A DNA stretch of 61,644 nt, the filler included. It is 6 parts of 6 records of this genome, joined end to end, with 100 filler letters (N's around TTAATTAATTAA, not from the genome) between each part and the next. Parts side by side here need not be neighbours in the genome. Positions count along the whole stretch, not along the records: positions 38,911 to 46,024 come from SRR31156797_21951; positions 46,125 to 52,247 come from SRR31156797_21964; 4 more parts are not named here. The stretch is one strand, 5' to 3'. Of this stretch, positions 38,911 to 49,100 are shown piece by piece; position 1 is the first letter of the stretch, and every line of letters begins with the position of its first letter. The notes beneath the pieces are model-generated. The model did no database searches. It had not been told where the DNA came from and saw only the letters and a program-made list of their open reading frames with translations. A program made the position numbers and the translations under genes.

Positions 38911-39380
38911 AAGAGATTAAAGATTTAGTTGAAAATGCAACAAGCAAAGCAAATAATGGTAAACAAATAGCAAATAAAATGATTACAGGTTATGATGGAT
39001 TAAATGAAAATATCTCTAAAACTATTGATTTAATGAAAGATATAGAAATAGCTTCAAAAGAACAGCAACAAGGTATAGAACAAATCAATAGTGCTGTAAC
39101 TGAACTTGATAAGCAAACACAAGAAAATGCATCAATTGCAATGCAAACAAAAGATGTTGCAATCCAAACTCAGAATATTGCAAATGAAATATTAGTTGAT
39201 GCAGATAAAAAAGAGTTTATTGGAAAAGAAAATGTAAAAGCTAAAGAGTTAACTAGTAACAAAGCTTATAACTCAAAACCAATTGAAATAAAAAAAACAA
39301 ACTCACAAAATAAAAAAACTACAGAACCAAAAGAGATAAAAAGTTCATTAAATGATGATGACGAATGGGAAAGTTTTTAA
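38911..39380 (+). CDS. Methyl-accepting chemotaxis protein, C-terminal fragment
   Basis: EIKDLV...ASKEQQQGIEQINSAVTELDKQTQENA; terminal pentapeptide EWESF. Confidence 0.92.
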
Positions 39381-39383
39381 TAT

Positions 39384-39407
39384 AGACTGATTCTTTTGAA
39401 TCAGTCT
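39384..39407 (+). terminator. Terminator-like hairpin after the MCP
   Basis: AGACTGATTC-TTTT-GAATCAGTCT perfect stem; weak U tail. Confidence 0.65.
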
Positions 39408-39479
39408 TCAAACTCAATAAAATCTTCTTTTCTACTAATCTTTTAAAAGTTTTGCAAAATTTAAATAAAAGGAGAAAAA

Positions 39480-39581
39480 ATGGAAACCTTTATAAACGAA
39501 GTATTAAGTTTTGTAGTTATAACTTTTGTTATTTTACTTTTAGCTTACTTTACAAAAAAGAATCAAAATAAGTTTAACTAA
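39480..39581 (+). CDS. 33-aa single-pass membrane small protein
   Basis: AAGGAG RBS; METFINEVLSFVVITFVILLLAYFTKKNQNKFN; below the ORF-track cutoff. Confidence 0.65.
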   Translation: METFINEVLSFVVITFVILLLAYFTKKNQNKFN

Positions 39582-39649
39582 TAATTCTATTTGAATACAA
39601 ATTAATATTTTTTATGTATAATAAACCTATATAATACATAGGAAATACA

Positions 39650-41008
39650 ATGTATAAGTTTATCTTATTTTTATTATTATTTAAATACCTTGCTTTTTCA
39701 TCAACAATTAGTTTTGAAGAAGCATTAAATTTTACTTTGTCAAATAATAGTAAAATTAAAAACCAAGAATTAAATATAAAAGCATCTAAACTTGATATTG
39801 AAAAAGTAGACTCAATATCTTATGGAAAAATAAATCTTATCCATGAAGCTAGCAAAACAAACCATGCAGGTTATGTTTTTAATAGTAAATTATCTTCAAG
39901 AGAAGCTTCTTTTAGAGACTTTGGTTTCTCTCAAATGGCTGAAGGGATTGATACCCAAGCAAATGACTTAAACTATCCAGAAAACAGAAACAACTTCAAT
40001 ACAAAAATTACTTATGAGATACCTCTTTTTACAGGTTTTAAACTGCAAACACAAAAAGATATTATGAAGATACAAAAAAAAGCCCAAGAGTTAAAACTAA
40101 AATTAGATAAAAAATCCCTAGAGATAGAAGTTCTAAAAGCATACAACTCAGCAGTAGTTGCAAAAGAGTTTATTTATGCTATTGAAAAAGCTAACTACTC
40201 AGCAGAGTATTTTGTTGCTTCTGCAAATGAGTTTTATAAAGAAGGTTTAGTAACAAAGATTGATAAAAAACAAGCCTTAGTTCATAAGTTAAATATCCAA
40301 AGTAGATTAACTCAAGCAAAAAATAGATTTGATATTGCACTTGCTTACTTAAGATTTTTGACTGATAATCAAAATATAACAGATGTGAAAGAGTTAAAAA
40401 AGATTAAAAACAATAGTAGTACTTTAGATGTTTTATATGAAAATGCACTTCAAAACAGAGATGATTTAAACATACTAAAACAACAAAAAAAAGGTATGAA
40501 AAAAAATGTTAAATTAAAACAATCTGATTATTATCCCAATGTTTATTCATATTTGGAATATGGATACAATGATGACAAAATAACACTTGATAGCAATAAA
40601 GATTACTATTTAGGTTTAATAGGTATAAAATACACCCTTTTTGATGCCTCAAGAGATATTGAAAAACAAAAAAGCCAAATAGAACTAAACAAAACCCTAC
40701 TTGATATAAACCAACTAAAAAATGCAATAAAACTTGATATAGAAAAAGCTTTCTTAAACTATAAAGCAACTCAAAAATCTTTTTATGAAAAACAAGAAGC
40801 AAAAAGCTTATCAAAAGAGGTTTTAGAACAAACAAAACAGATGTACAAAAATCAATTAATTCCAATGACAGAACTTCTAAAACAAGAAGCTATTTTTAGA
40901 CAAAATGAAGCCCAGTTTATAATGGCTAAATATGAACTAGCTTTAGCTTCTGCAAATATAAATTTATCAATAGGAAAAAGATTAATAGAAACAAAGGTTA
41001 CAAAATGA
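39650..41008 (+). CDS. TolC-family outer membrane efflux protein
   Basis: Signal peptide, two OEP-like halves, operon with MFP/RND. Confidence 0.92.
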   Translation: MYKFILFLLLFKYLAFSSTISFEEALNFTLSNNSKIKNQELNIKASKLDIEKVDSISYGKINLIHEASKTNHAGYVFNSKLSSREASFRDFGFSQMAEGIDTQANDLNYPENRNNFNTKITYEIPLFTGFKLQTQKDIMKIQKKAQELKLKLDKKSLEIEVLKAYNSAVVAKEFIYAIEKANYSAEYFVASANEFYKEGLVTKIDKKQALVHKLNIQSRLTQAKNRFDIALAYLRFLTDNQNITDVKELKKIKNNSSTLDVLYENALQNRDDLNILKQQKKGMKKNVKLKQSDYYPNVYSYLEYGYNDDKITLDSNKDYYLGLIGIKYTLFDASRDIEKQKSQIELNKTLLDINQLKNAIKLDIEKAFLNYKATQKSFYEKQEAKSLSKEVLEQTKQMYKNQLIPMTELLKQEAIFRQNEAQFIMAKYELALASANINLSIGKRLIETKVTK

Positions 41009-41772
41009 AAAAACATATATTATTGATTGTTTTAATATTTCTAGGTCAAAACAGTTTGTTAGCTTTAGAGTTAAGTGGAACAGTTATATCAGATAACGAA
41101 AAAATCATCACAAGTAGATTTATGGGATATATCAAAAAAGTTCATGTAAATGAAGGAGATTTTGTAAAAAAAGGGCAACTTCTATATGAGATTGATTCAT
41201 CAAATATAGACAGTAAAAAACAAGAAGTTGAGTTAAATCTGCAAATCCAAAAAAACAATCTAGAGAACCTTGAAATCAACTATCAAAGATATAAAAGACT
41301 ATATGAAAAAGATTTAGTTCCAAAATATGATGTAGAACAATTGAAACTAAAAATAGATAATACTAAAAATATGATTTCCATTTTAAAAGCAAAAGAAAAA
41401 GAGGTAAACTACCAATACAATTATATAAAAATAGTTGCACCAAACAATGGGCTTATTATCAAAAAAAATATCAAAACGGGCGAGATGTCAATGCCTAGTG
41501 CTCCAGCTTTTGTTTTATCTGACTTAGATAGTTTGAAAATTAAAACTCAAATAAATGAATCAAATCTAAAAAATATAAAAATTGGCACTAAAGCCCTTAT
41601 AAACATAGAATCATTAGATTTTATAAGCCAAGCAAAAGTTGTTTCTATAATTCCAAATATCCAAGATATGACACACTCATTTATTGTTAAGTTATCTTTT
41701 GAAAAGAAAAAACAAAAAATATATCCTGGTATGTACACAAAAATAAAACTAGAGTTAGAAAATGAACAATAA
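41005..41772 (+). CDS. RND membrane fusion protein
   Basis: ITSRFMGYIKKVHVNEGDFVKKGQLL, I.APNNG, IYPGMY. Confidence 0.93.
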   Translation: MKKHILLIVLIFLGQNSLLALELSGTVISDNEKIITSRFMGYIKKVHVNEGDFVKKGQLLYEIDSSNIDSKKQEVELNLQIQKNNLENLEINYQRYKRLYEKDLVPKYDVEQLKLKIDNTKNMISILKAKEKEVNYQYNYIKIVAPNNGLIIKKNIKTGEMSMPSAPAFVLSDLDSLKIKTQINESNLKNIKIGTKALINIESLDFISQAKVVSIIPNIQDMTHSFIVKLSFEKKKQKIYPGMYTKIKLELENEQ

Positions 41773-43294
41773 TCTAAATATAGCAGGAAGATTGGCTCAA
41801 ACCTTTATTGAGCACCCTTTAACTTTTATATTAAGTATTTTTATACTTTTACTTGGGTTTATATCTTTAGAGTTTATGCCAAGAGAGGAAAACCCTCAAA
41901 TAAAAGTAAGTGGTGGTGCAGTTATTGTAGCTCTTCCTGGTGCAAGACCAAGCCAAATAAAAAAAGTAGTGATTGAACCTTTAGAAAAAAAGATTAGAGA
42001 GATAAAAGGTGTTGAACATATTTTTTCTTATGCAAAAGACTCTGTAGGTATAGTTCAAGTTCAATATTATATAGGAGAAGATAAAGAACAATCAAACTTA
42101 AAACTATATGACCAAGTTATGAGAAATATGGATATGATGCCAAAAGGTGCCCTACCTCCAATTGTAAAAACTATGGATATTGATACAGATATACCAATTG
42201 CAACAATAGCCTTTTTTACAAAAGATGAAACTACTTCTGAAACAAAACTTTTTAATGAAGTTAGTAAGATATCTTATGAGATTAATAAAATTGAAAATGT
42301 TGCACTAGTAGATTTAAAAGGTGAAAAAAAAGACCAATACAATATACAAATCGATGCAAACAAACTTTCTGCATACAACTTATCACTTGGACAAATTTCT
42401 ACACAAATAAAAGCCTTATCTATTACAACTCCAAATATGAATACTCAAAACAAAAAAGGAAGCCTTTCTGTGTTAAGTCTTAAGAATGCTATTGAATCTA
42501 AAGAGGATTTGGAAAATATAATAATCTCTTACAATTTTAACACTCCAATATATTTAAAAGATATAGCAAGTGTAGAAAGAACTTATGATATACAAAATAA
42601 AAAAGAGGCACTTTTATTTAAAAAAGATACTTTAACAAAACCAATCCCACAAGTTACACTTATGGTTTCAAAACTAAAAGGAACAAACTCAGTAACTATA
42701 AATGAAAATATCTTTAAGTATATGGATTCTATAAAACAGTCACTTCAAGAAAAAGGTATTAAATATGTAGTTACAAGAGATGATGGATACACTGCAAACA
42801 ATGCAGTAAACTCTTTAGTTCAAAATCTTCTTATATCTATTTTAATAATTGCAATATTATTGATTTTTTCTTTAGGTTTAAAAGAAGCAATGATTGTATC
42901 TTTATTAGTTCCAATGATTTTGTCTTTGACTCTTTTTATTGGATTTTTAATGGATGAAACAATAAATAGAATCACACTTTTTGCTTTGATTGTAAGTTTA
43001 GGAATGTTGGTTGATGCTGCAATTATTGTAATTGAAAATATTGTACGACATAAAAAAGAAGATGAAAAAAATACAGACTTGAAAACTCTATGTATAAGTG
43101 CAACAAACGAGATTGGGAATGCCACAAATATTGCAACAATTGCAATTATAATGACCTTCTTCCCAATGTTTTTTGTGGGAGGAATGATGGGACAATTTAT
43201 GCACCCTCTTCCAGTTTTTGTACCTATTGCACTTATTGTTTCTTTAGTGGTTGCATATGTTTTTACACCATATTTAGTAAAGAAATTTTTATAA
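41762..43294 (+). CDS. RND (AcrB-like) permease, N-terminal half
   Basis: PREENPQI, INRITLFALIVSLGMLVDAAIIVIENI, GGMMGQFM.P.P. Confidence 0.92.
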   Translation: MNNNLNIAGRLAQTFIEHPLTFILSIFILLLGFISLEFMPREENPQIKVSGGAVIVALPGARPSQIKKVVIEPLEKKIREIKGVEHIFSYAKDSVGIVQVQYYIGEDKEQSNLKLYDQVMRNMDMMPKGALPPIVKTMDIDTDIPIATIAFFTKDETTSETKLFNEVSKISYEINKIENVALVDLKGEKKDQYNIQIDANKLSAYNLSLGQISTQIKALSITTPNMNTQNKKGSLSVLSLKNAIESKEDLENIIISYNFNTPIYLKDIASVERTYDIQNKKEALLFKKDTLTKPIPQVTLMVSKLKGTNSVTINENIFKYMDSIKQSLQEKGIKYVVTRDDGYTANNAVNSLVQNLLISILIIAILLIFSLGLKEAMIVSLLVPMILSLTLFIGFLMDETINRITLFALIVSLGMLVDAAIIVIENIVRHKKEDEKNTDLKTLCISATNEIGNATNIATIAIIMTFFPMFFVGGMMGQFMHPLPVFVPIALIVSLVVAYVFTPYLVKKFL

Positions 43295-43303
43295 GGATAA
43301 AAG

Positions 43304-44959
43304 ATGAAGTTAGAGAAATTTATTTATCAAATTATTGAAAGTCCTTTTAAATCTCTTATGGTTTATGGTATTACTTTACTTTTATTTTTATTAAGTGTCC
43401 TTACTTTTCCAACGCAGATTGTTAAAGCTAAAATGCTTCCTAGTAAAGATTCAGATACATTTTCTGTATATGTTGACTTAAAAGATGGAAGTTCAACAAG
43501 CCAAACAAAAGAGCTTACTACTTGTATTGCTCAAAAACTTATCGTAAAAGATTTGGTTACTGATGTTTCTGTTTTTATAGGAGAGGGGCAACCTTTAGAT
43601 TTTGCAGCTCTTGTAAAACAAAGTGCTTTAAAAGATAAGCAATCTCAAGCTGAGATAATGGTTAATATAAAAAAAGATAAAAACAGAGATATTAGAAGTT
43701 TTAACTTTGTAAGTTCTATTAGGGAAGAGCTTAAAGAGTGTTCAAAGTATGAAGCAAATATTAAACTTATAGAGCTTCCTGCTGGACCTCCTGTATTAGC
43801 TTCTATAGTTGCTGAAATTTATGGAGGAGATTCTTTTGAAAGTAGAAGAGAATTTGCCCTAAAAGTTGCCAATGTACTAAAAAATCAAAAAACTTTAGTT
43901 GATGTAGATGTTTTAGCTGATGATATAACAAATAAATTTGAAATAAAACTTGATAACAACAAAATCATAAAAAGTGGCTTGTCTTTAGAGCAAGTAAAAA
44001 ATATACTTTTTATGGCTTATGAAGGTTCTGTAATTTCAGTTGTAAATGAAAAAGATACACAAAGTCAGGTTCCAATATTTATAAGACTAGATGAAAGTAG
44101 AGTTTTTGATTCTAATAATAAAGAAGATATTCTTGCAAAACTATCAAAAGTAAAACTTGTAAACAAAAATGGTTTTACAATTCCTCTTACAGAACTAATA
44201 AATATTCAAAAAGCTATTGAAGAACCAACATTAACATCTAAAAATTTAGATTCAATGATAAATGTTATTGCAGAAACAGACAAAGATAGTCAAATATACC
44301 CTCTATTAGACGCGAGAAATGATTTTCTAGAAAATTTCGATGAAAGGTTCGAGATTAGTAAAACAAGTATGTTAAACCTAGAATTTAAAGACAAAAATAC
44401 TAATGAAACATTTAACCTAATTTGGGATGGAGAACTTAAAGTTACTATTGATACTTTTATCGATTTAGGTGGTGCTTTTATTATTGCTTTGGTTTTAATA
44501 TTTTTCTTGATGGTAATTTATTATAAAAACTTTGCATTATCAGGAGGAATAGTTTTAGCTAGCTTTATATCTATAATTGGTGTTATTTTTGCTCATATTA
44601 TTATGGATTTGATTACAGAAGATACTTTTTATTTAACAGCAACATCTTTGATTGGATTTATAGGTCTTATTGGAATAAACTCAAGAAATTCAACTTTGAT
44701 TATTGATTTTACAAAACAACTTATTGAGGAAAAAGGCTTAACTATTAACCAAGCCATTGCAAGAGCAACAGCAACTAGGTCTAAACCTATTATTTTAACA
44801 GTATTAACAATGGTATTTGCTTCATCTTTACTTGCAACAGATGCAGTTTTTGGTGGACTTGGAGTTGCTTTGATTGGGGGAACATTAATCTCTTATGTAG
44901 TTTCTATGTTTTTTGTGCCAGTAATTATAAGAAATCAGATAATAAAAATACTAAAATAA
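43304..44959 (+). CDS. RND (AcrB-like) permease, C-terminal half
   Basis: AAGGA RBS; MLP.KD, PAGPPV, WDGE, IGFIGLIGINSRNS.LIIDF, RSKPIILT. Confidence 0.92.
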   Translation: MKLEKFIYQIIESPFKSLMVYGITLLLFLLSVLTFPTQIVKAKMLPSKDSDTFSVYVDLKDGSSTSQTKELTTCIAQKLIVKDLVTDVSVFIGEGQPLDFAALVKQSALKDKQSQAEIMVNIKKDKNRDIRSFNFVSSIREELKECSKYEANIKLIELPAGPPVLASIVAEIYGGDSFESRREFALKVANVLKNQKTLVDVDVLADDITNKFEIKLDNNKIIKSGLSLEQVKNILFMAYEGSVISVVNEKDTQSQVPIFIRLDESRVFDSNNKEDILAKLSKVKLVNKNGFTIPLTELINIQKAIEEPTLTSKNLDSMINVIAETDKDSQIYPLLDARNDFLENFDERFEISKTSMLNLEFKDKNTNETFNLIWDGELKVTIDTFIDLGGAFIIALVLIFFLMVIYYKNFALSGGIVLASFISIIGVIFAHIIMDLITEDTFYLTATSLIGFIGLIGINSRNSTLIIDFTKQLIEEKGLTINQAIARATATRSKPIILTVLTMVFASSLLATDAVFGGLGVALIGGTLISYVVSMFFVPVIIRNQIIKILK

Positions 44960-44960
44960 A

Positions 44961-44988
44961 AAAAGCTTGCTAAACTTAGCAAGCTTTT
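44961..44988. terminator. Bidirectional terminator
   Basis: AAAAGCTTGCTAA-AC-TTAGCAAGCTTTT between convergent genes. Confidence 0.85.
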
Positions 44989-45448
44989 ATAAATCATAAA
45001 CCATTGCAATCTCTTCACAAACAGGGAAGTGTTTACAGCGAATACAGTCTGCCCAAATTTTATGCTCTGGGATTTGGTCTTTTTCTATCTCATAAAAACC
45101 TAAACTTTCAAAAAAGCCTTGTTTATAAGTTAAAGATAAAATTTGTTGAAGTCCAAGCTTTTTACCCTCTTCAATACAGGCTTCAACTAGTTTTTTACCA
45201 AGTTTTAGTCCTCTGTATTTTTCAGATACAACTAAACTTCTTACTTCTGATAATCTAATTGAATGAATATGCAAAGCAGTAAAACCTGCAATTTTTCCAT
45301 CAACTTCAACTACTGTGTAAGATCGAATTGTATTTGCCATTTCATCTTCAGTTCTAAGAAGGATAACTCCTTTGTCTACCTCTTCTTGAACAAGCTCTTG
45401 CATTGCTTTGATATGTGTTACATTTGGTTTAAAAAATTTAATTTCCAA
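44987..45448 (-). CDS. argA: GNAT N-acetyltransferase, short ArgA (N-acetylglutamate synthase)-like
   Basis: SEVRSLVV..YRG..LG, LTY...FF..LGF, PEHKIWADCIRCKHFPVCEE; TTG start at 45448 after AGGA. Confidence 0.8.
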   Translation of the reverse strand: MEIKFFKPNVTHIKAMQELVQEEVDKGVILLRTEDEMANTIRSYTVVEVDGKIAGFTALHIHSIRLSEVRSLVVSEKYRGLKLGKKLVEACIEEGKKLGLQQILSLTYKQGFFESLGFYEIEKDQIPEHKIWADCIRCKHFPVCEEIAMVYDL

Positions 45449-46024
45449 AAAGATATCCTGTAATTCTATTTTGTAATTGTTCCAAACCTCTTTTTTTAAG
45501 GTTTGAGATAAATACACCTTCTGGATATGCTCTTTTTAATTTTTGTAAATCATTTTGTTTTAATTTATCTATCTTTGTAAAAGCATGAAGAATAATTTGG
45601 TCACCTCTTTTTATTGTTTCTAAAAACTCATCAACATTTTTATCAATATCTAAATCTGGGTGTCTTGCGTCAATCAAATGTACAAAAATCTGTAAACATG
45701 GTCTTTGTTCTAAGTAACCAGTTAAATTTTTGTTCCACTCTTTTTTTAAACTTTTTGAAACTCTTGCATATCCAAAACCAGGTAAATCAACAAATCTTGA
45801 ATAAAGATATGGTAACTCTTCATTATCAGTTTTGAACTTAATATCAAAATAGTTTATAAGTTGTGTTTTCCCAGGAGTTGACGAAGATTTTGCTAAACCT
45901 TTTCTATTTGTAAGTGTATTTAATAATGAAGATTTTCCAACATTACTTCTACCTAAAAAGGCTACTTCTGCTTTGTCTGGACTTGGTGAGTCCATTATAC
46001 TTTGTGCTGAAGTTAAAAATTGTG
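45438..46024 (-). CDS. yihA: Ribosome biogenesis GTPase YihA/YsxC (5' truncated)
   Basis: GRSNVGKS, TPGKT, DLPGFG, TKID. Confidence 0.96.
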
Positions 46025-46124
46025 NNNNNNNNNNNNNNNNNNNNNNNNNNNNNNNNNNNNNNNNNNNNTTAATTAATTAANNNNNNNNNNNNNNNNNNNN
46101 NNNNNNNNNNNNNNNNNNNNNNNN
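46025..46124. other. Artificial contig linker
   Basis: 44 N + TTAATTAATTAA + 44 N. Confidence 0.99.
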
Positions 46125-46125
46125 A

Positions 46126-49100
46126 TCTATTAATGAAAGTATTGTTCTTGATTCCGGGGATACCTGCGGTGGGTATATTGACACTTCAGGACAGGAAGAT
46201 CTTTACAGTTTTACGCCTTCAGAATCATTTGGTCCCGGTTCATGTGTCGCAAAGATAAAAGATACTGTTTCAGGAGAAACTGCACAAGCTGAAATTACAA
46301 TTAACGAAGTAAATGCTCCACCTAAATTCACGTCTTCTGATTTTGACGGGTTTGACTTTGGAGAGACATATCTGTCTACAAGAACTTTTTATTTTTCTGA
46401 CGATGATGATCCACGAGAACTTGAGACTGACCCAGGGTTTGCTTCATGCAGTGTAAGAGATAACACATGCGGAGTTGAACTTGATATTTTAAATGAAATT
46501 TACAGCTGCACACTTTCAGGAACTATGCCCGAAGAGTTAAGTTCCGGTGACTGTAGCTTTAAACTTGTATTAACTGACGGATACGGTGAAGAAACGGTCG
46601 AAACGGTGTCATCAGCTCTTATAGAAAAAAATGAAGCTCCTGTCTGGAGTGATATGCCCTGGTCAATTGAAGTTAATGCCAATTCTACGGCTAGTAAGAT
46701 CAACGGCAAAGCTGCCGACACTGACCTTCCTAACAAAAATGATGGTGATCCGGGCTATTTAAGCTGTATTTATGATTCAGACACATGTACTTTTGACGTC
46801 GCTGTTTCCAGTGTTAGAGACGCAGATGGATCAGTTTCATGTAAGATCGACTTTACTTCAAATGATATTGAGACGTGTACAGTTCAGTATTCAGTAACTG
46901 ATGGAATAAAATCTATTTATAGCGGAAATGTTCAGATCAAAGTTAACGCAACACTTTCAATTGACTGCCCTGACACAGTGAATGAGCTGGAAGAACTTAT
47001 ATGCGATATATCTCCCAATGGAGGAACGCCAACAATAGGAACCGTAGCTCAAAGTTGTAACGGCTCAGTGGTTAATGAAAATGGACAGTGGAAATACAAA
47101 AAAACTTTCAATGAAAATGACGGACCAAAAACTTGTAAGGCTGGAGTTGCAATCGGCAGTTTAACAGCAGAAGACTCCGTTGATGTTCTTGAGGTAAACA
47201 CAACCCCTGAGCTGTCTTTTAATGGTGACTGTTCTACTCCGGATTCTGCATCAGGAACTGAAGGAACAGACTTTTACTGTTACGCTAACATCAGTGATGC
47301 TGACAGTCCCAACCTTATCGCTACAGACCCAGGATTTACGACCTGTGAAATAAAAGACAACACATGTGGTGACTGGCTAATTTTTAACACAGGCTGTGAC
47401 GGCTCTGGAAATCCGGATGAAGAAAGTGGGGATACTGAATGTTCATATACAGTTGAAGTCAGTGACGGATACGGAGCAAAAACATCTCAGACAGTAACGA
47501 TCTCAATTGCCGAACTTAACGCTACACCGGAATTTACAACTACACCTGCAACCGAATACCACCTCCTTTCGGGGGAACACTTTGAATTTACATATTCAGC
47601 CAGTGATTCAGATCTTCCAACCAGTTCAGATAGCGCCCCCGGATATTTAAAATGCAACCTGATATCTGATGAAGCTCAGTCTACGATCACTTCAACAGGA
47701 GAAGGTCCTGCAACAGTAACATGCAATGTTGAGATCGATGCGTATTCAGATGAGGAATGTGCTTTTGGCTGTCCTGTTCAATTTATAGTAGAAGATGGTT
47801 ACGGAAGAACAAGAACACAACACAGCTACATCTTTGTCAGAAAGTGTGTTTTCTTTGTTAAACCTGATGGAACTGGCTCAGAAGGACGTGACTGGAATGA
47901 TGCTTTTGGTACGGTACAGAAAGCTGTGAACAAAGCATGGGATGGCTGTGAGATCTGGGTTCAGCAGGGAACCTACACGAATCCAATTCAGGATGGCTCT
48001 CCTGTTGTAACCATGAAACCGGGGGTTAAAATAATCGGCGGGTTTGAAGGTGATGAAGTTTATGACCACAGCATCGAAGACAAAAAATATCGTCCGGGAC
48101 AACCTATAGTCCACTCAGTTCTTGATGGAGAAAATGCTAGTTATCATGTTGTTGTTGGAAGCTTAGACCACGCCTCTATTGATGGATTCATAATCACCGG
48201 TGGTAATGCAAATGGAACTGAAGATGATGAAAAAGTTGGTGGCGGAATGTATAACAAAGCCACAGAGAGCTCATTTTCTGAACCTTTTGTTAAACACTGT
48301 ATTTTTGCCGGAAACTATGCTCAGAATGATGGTGGTGCAGTTTATAACGAAGGTTTTTCCTCTCCAAGAACTGAATTTTACAGATGCCTTTTCTACGAGA
48401 ACAGTTCAGACAGATTCGGAGGAGCTGTTTTCACTAAAGATGCTGCAAATTTAGAATACAAAGAATGTGAATTTGTTAAAAACACCTCCAATAATGGTGG
48501 AGCTTTAACTGAATACAATAGTGCTTCAGTTGTTGAGAAATCTGTTTTTAAAGATAATAAAGCTCTGGTGACTGAATCTATGGGAGGAGCAGGAGGCGCA
48601 ATACTTCTTACATGGGAAAGTGCTGTAATAATTGAAAACTCAATCTTTATTGAAAATGAAGCTGAAACTTTTGGTGGAGCAATTGATGGAGGAGAAAACG
48701 ATCTTCTGATAGCCGATCATGTTACTTTTGTAAATAACACTAGCTCTGTCGCTGGATCTGAAGCAGTTTACGGAATGGAAGGACAGATCAAGAACTCAAT
48801 TTTCTGGAATAACGGAATTACCTCAACAGAGCTAATGATAACATATTCATTTGGAACTGGAGATTCCGGAACAGGAAATATAAACTCAATGCCTTCCGGA
48901 AGCGGAATGTTCATAAATGAAGAAAACGATCTGCACCTTGATCCAACAAGTCCTGCCATTGATTCTGGACATCCTTCGCCTCACCTTTCTGATGATATTG
49001 AAGGAACCGAAAGACCACTTGGAGACTTTAGTGATATGGGAGCTTATGAACACCTATCTGTCGGTGCAAAATTCTATATTAACTGTGAAGCTGCCTCAAG

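Noticed and set aside
43292..43306. RND gene as a nonsense pseudogene
   Set aside because: Break falls at the domain midpoint and the second half has its own SD and ATG; kept as a split gene
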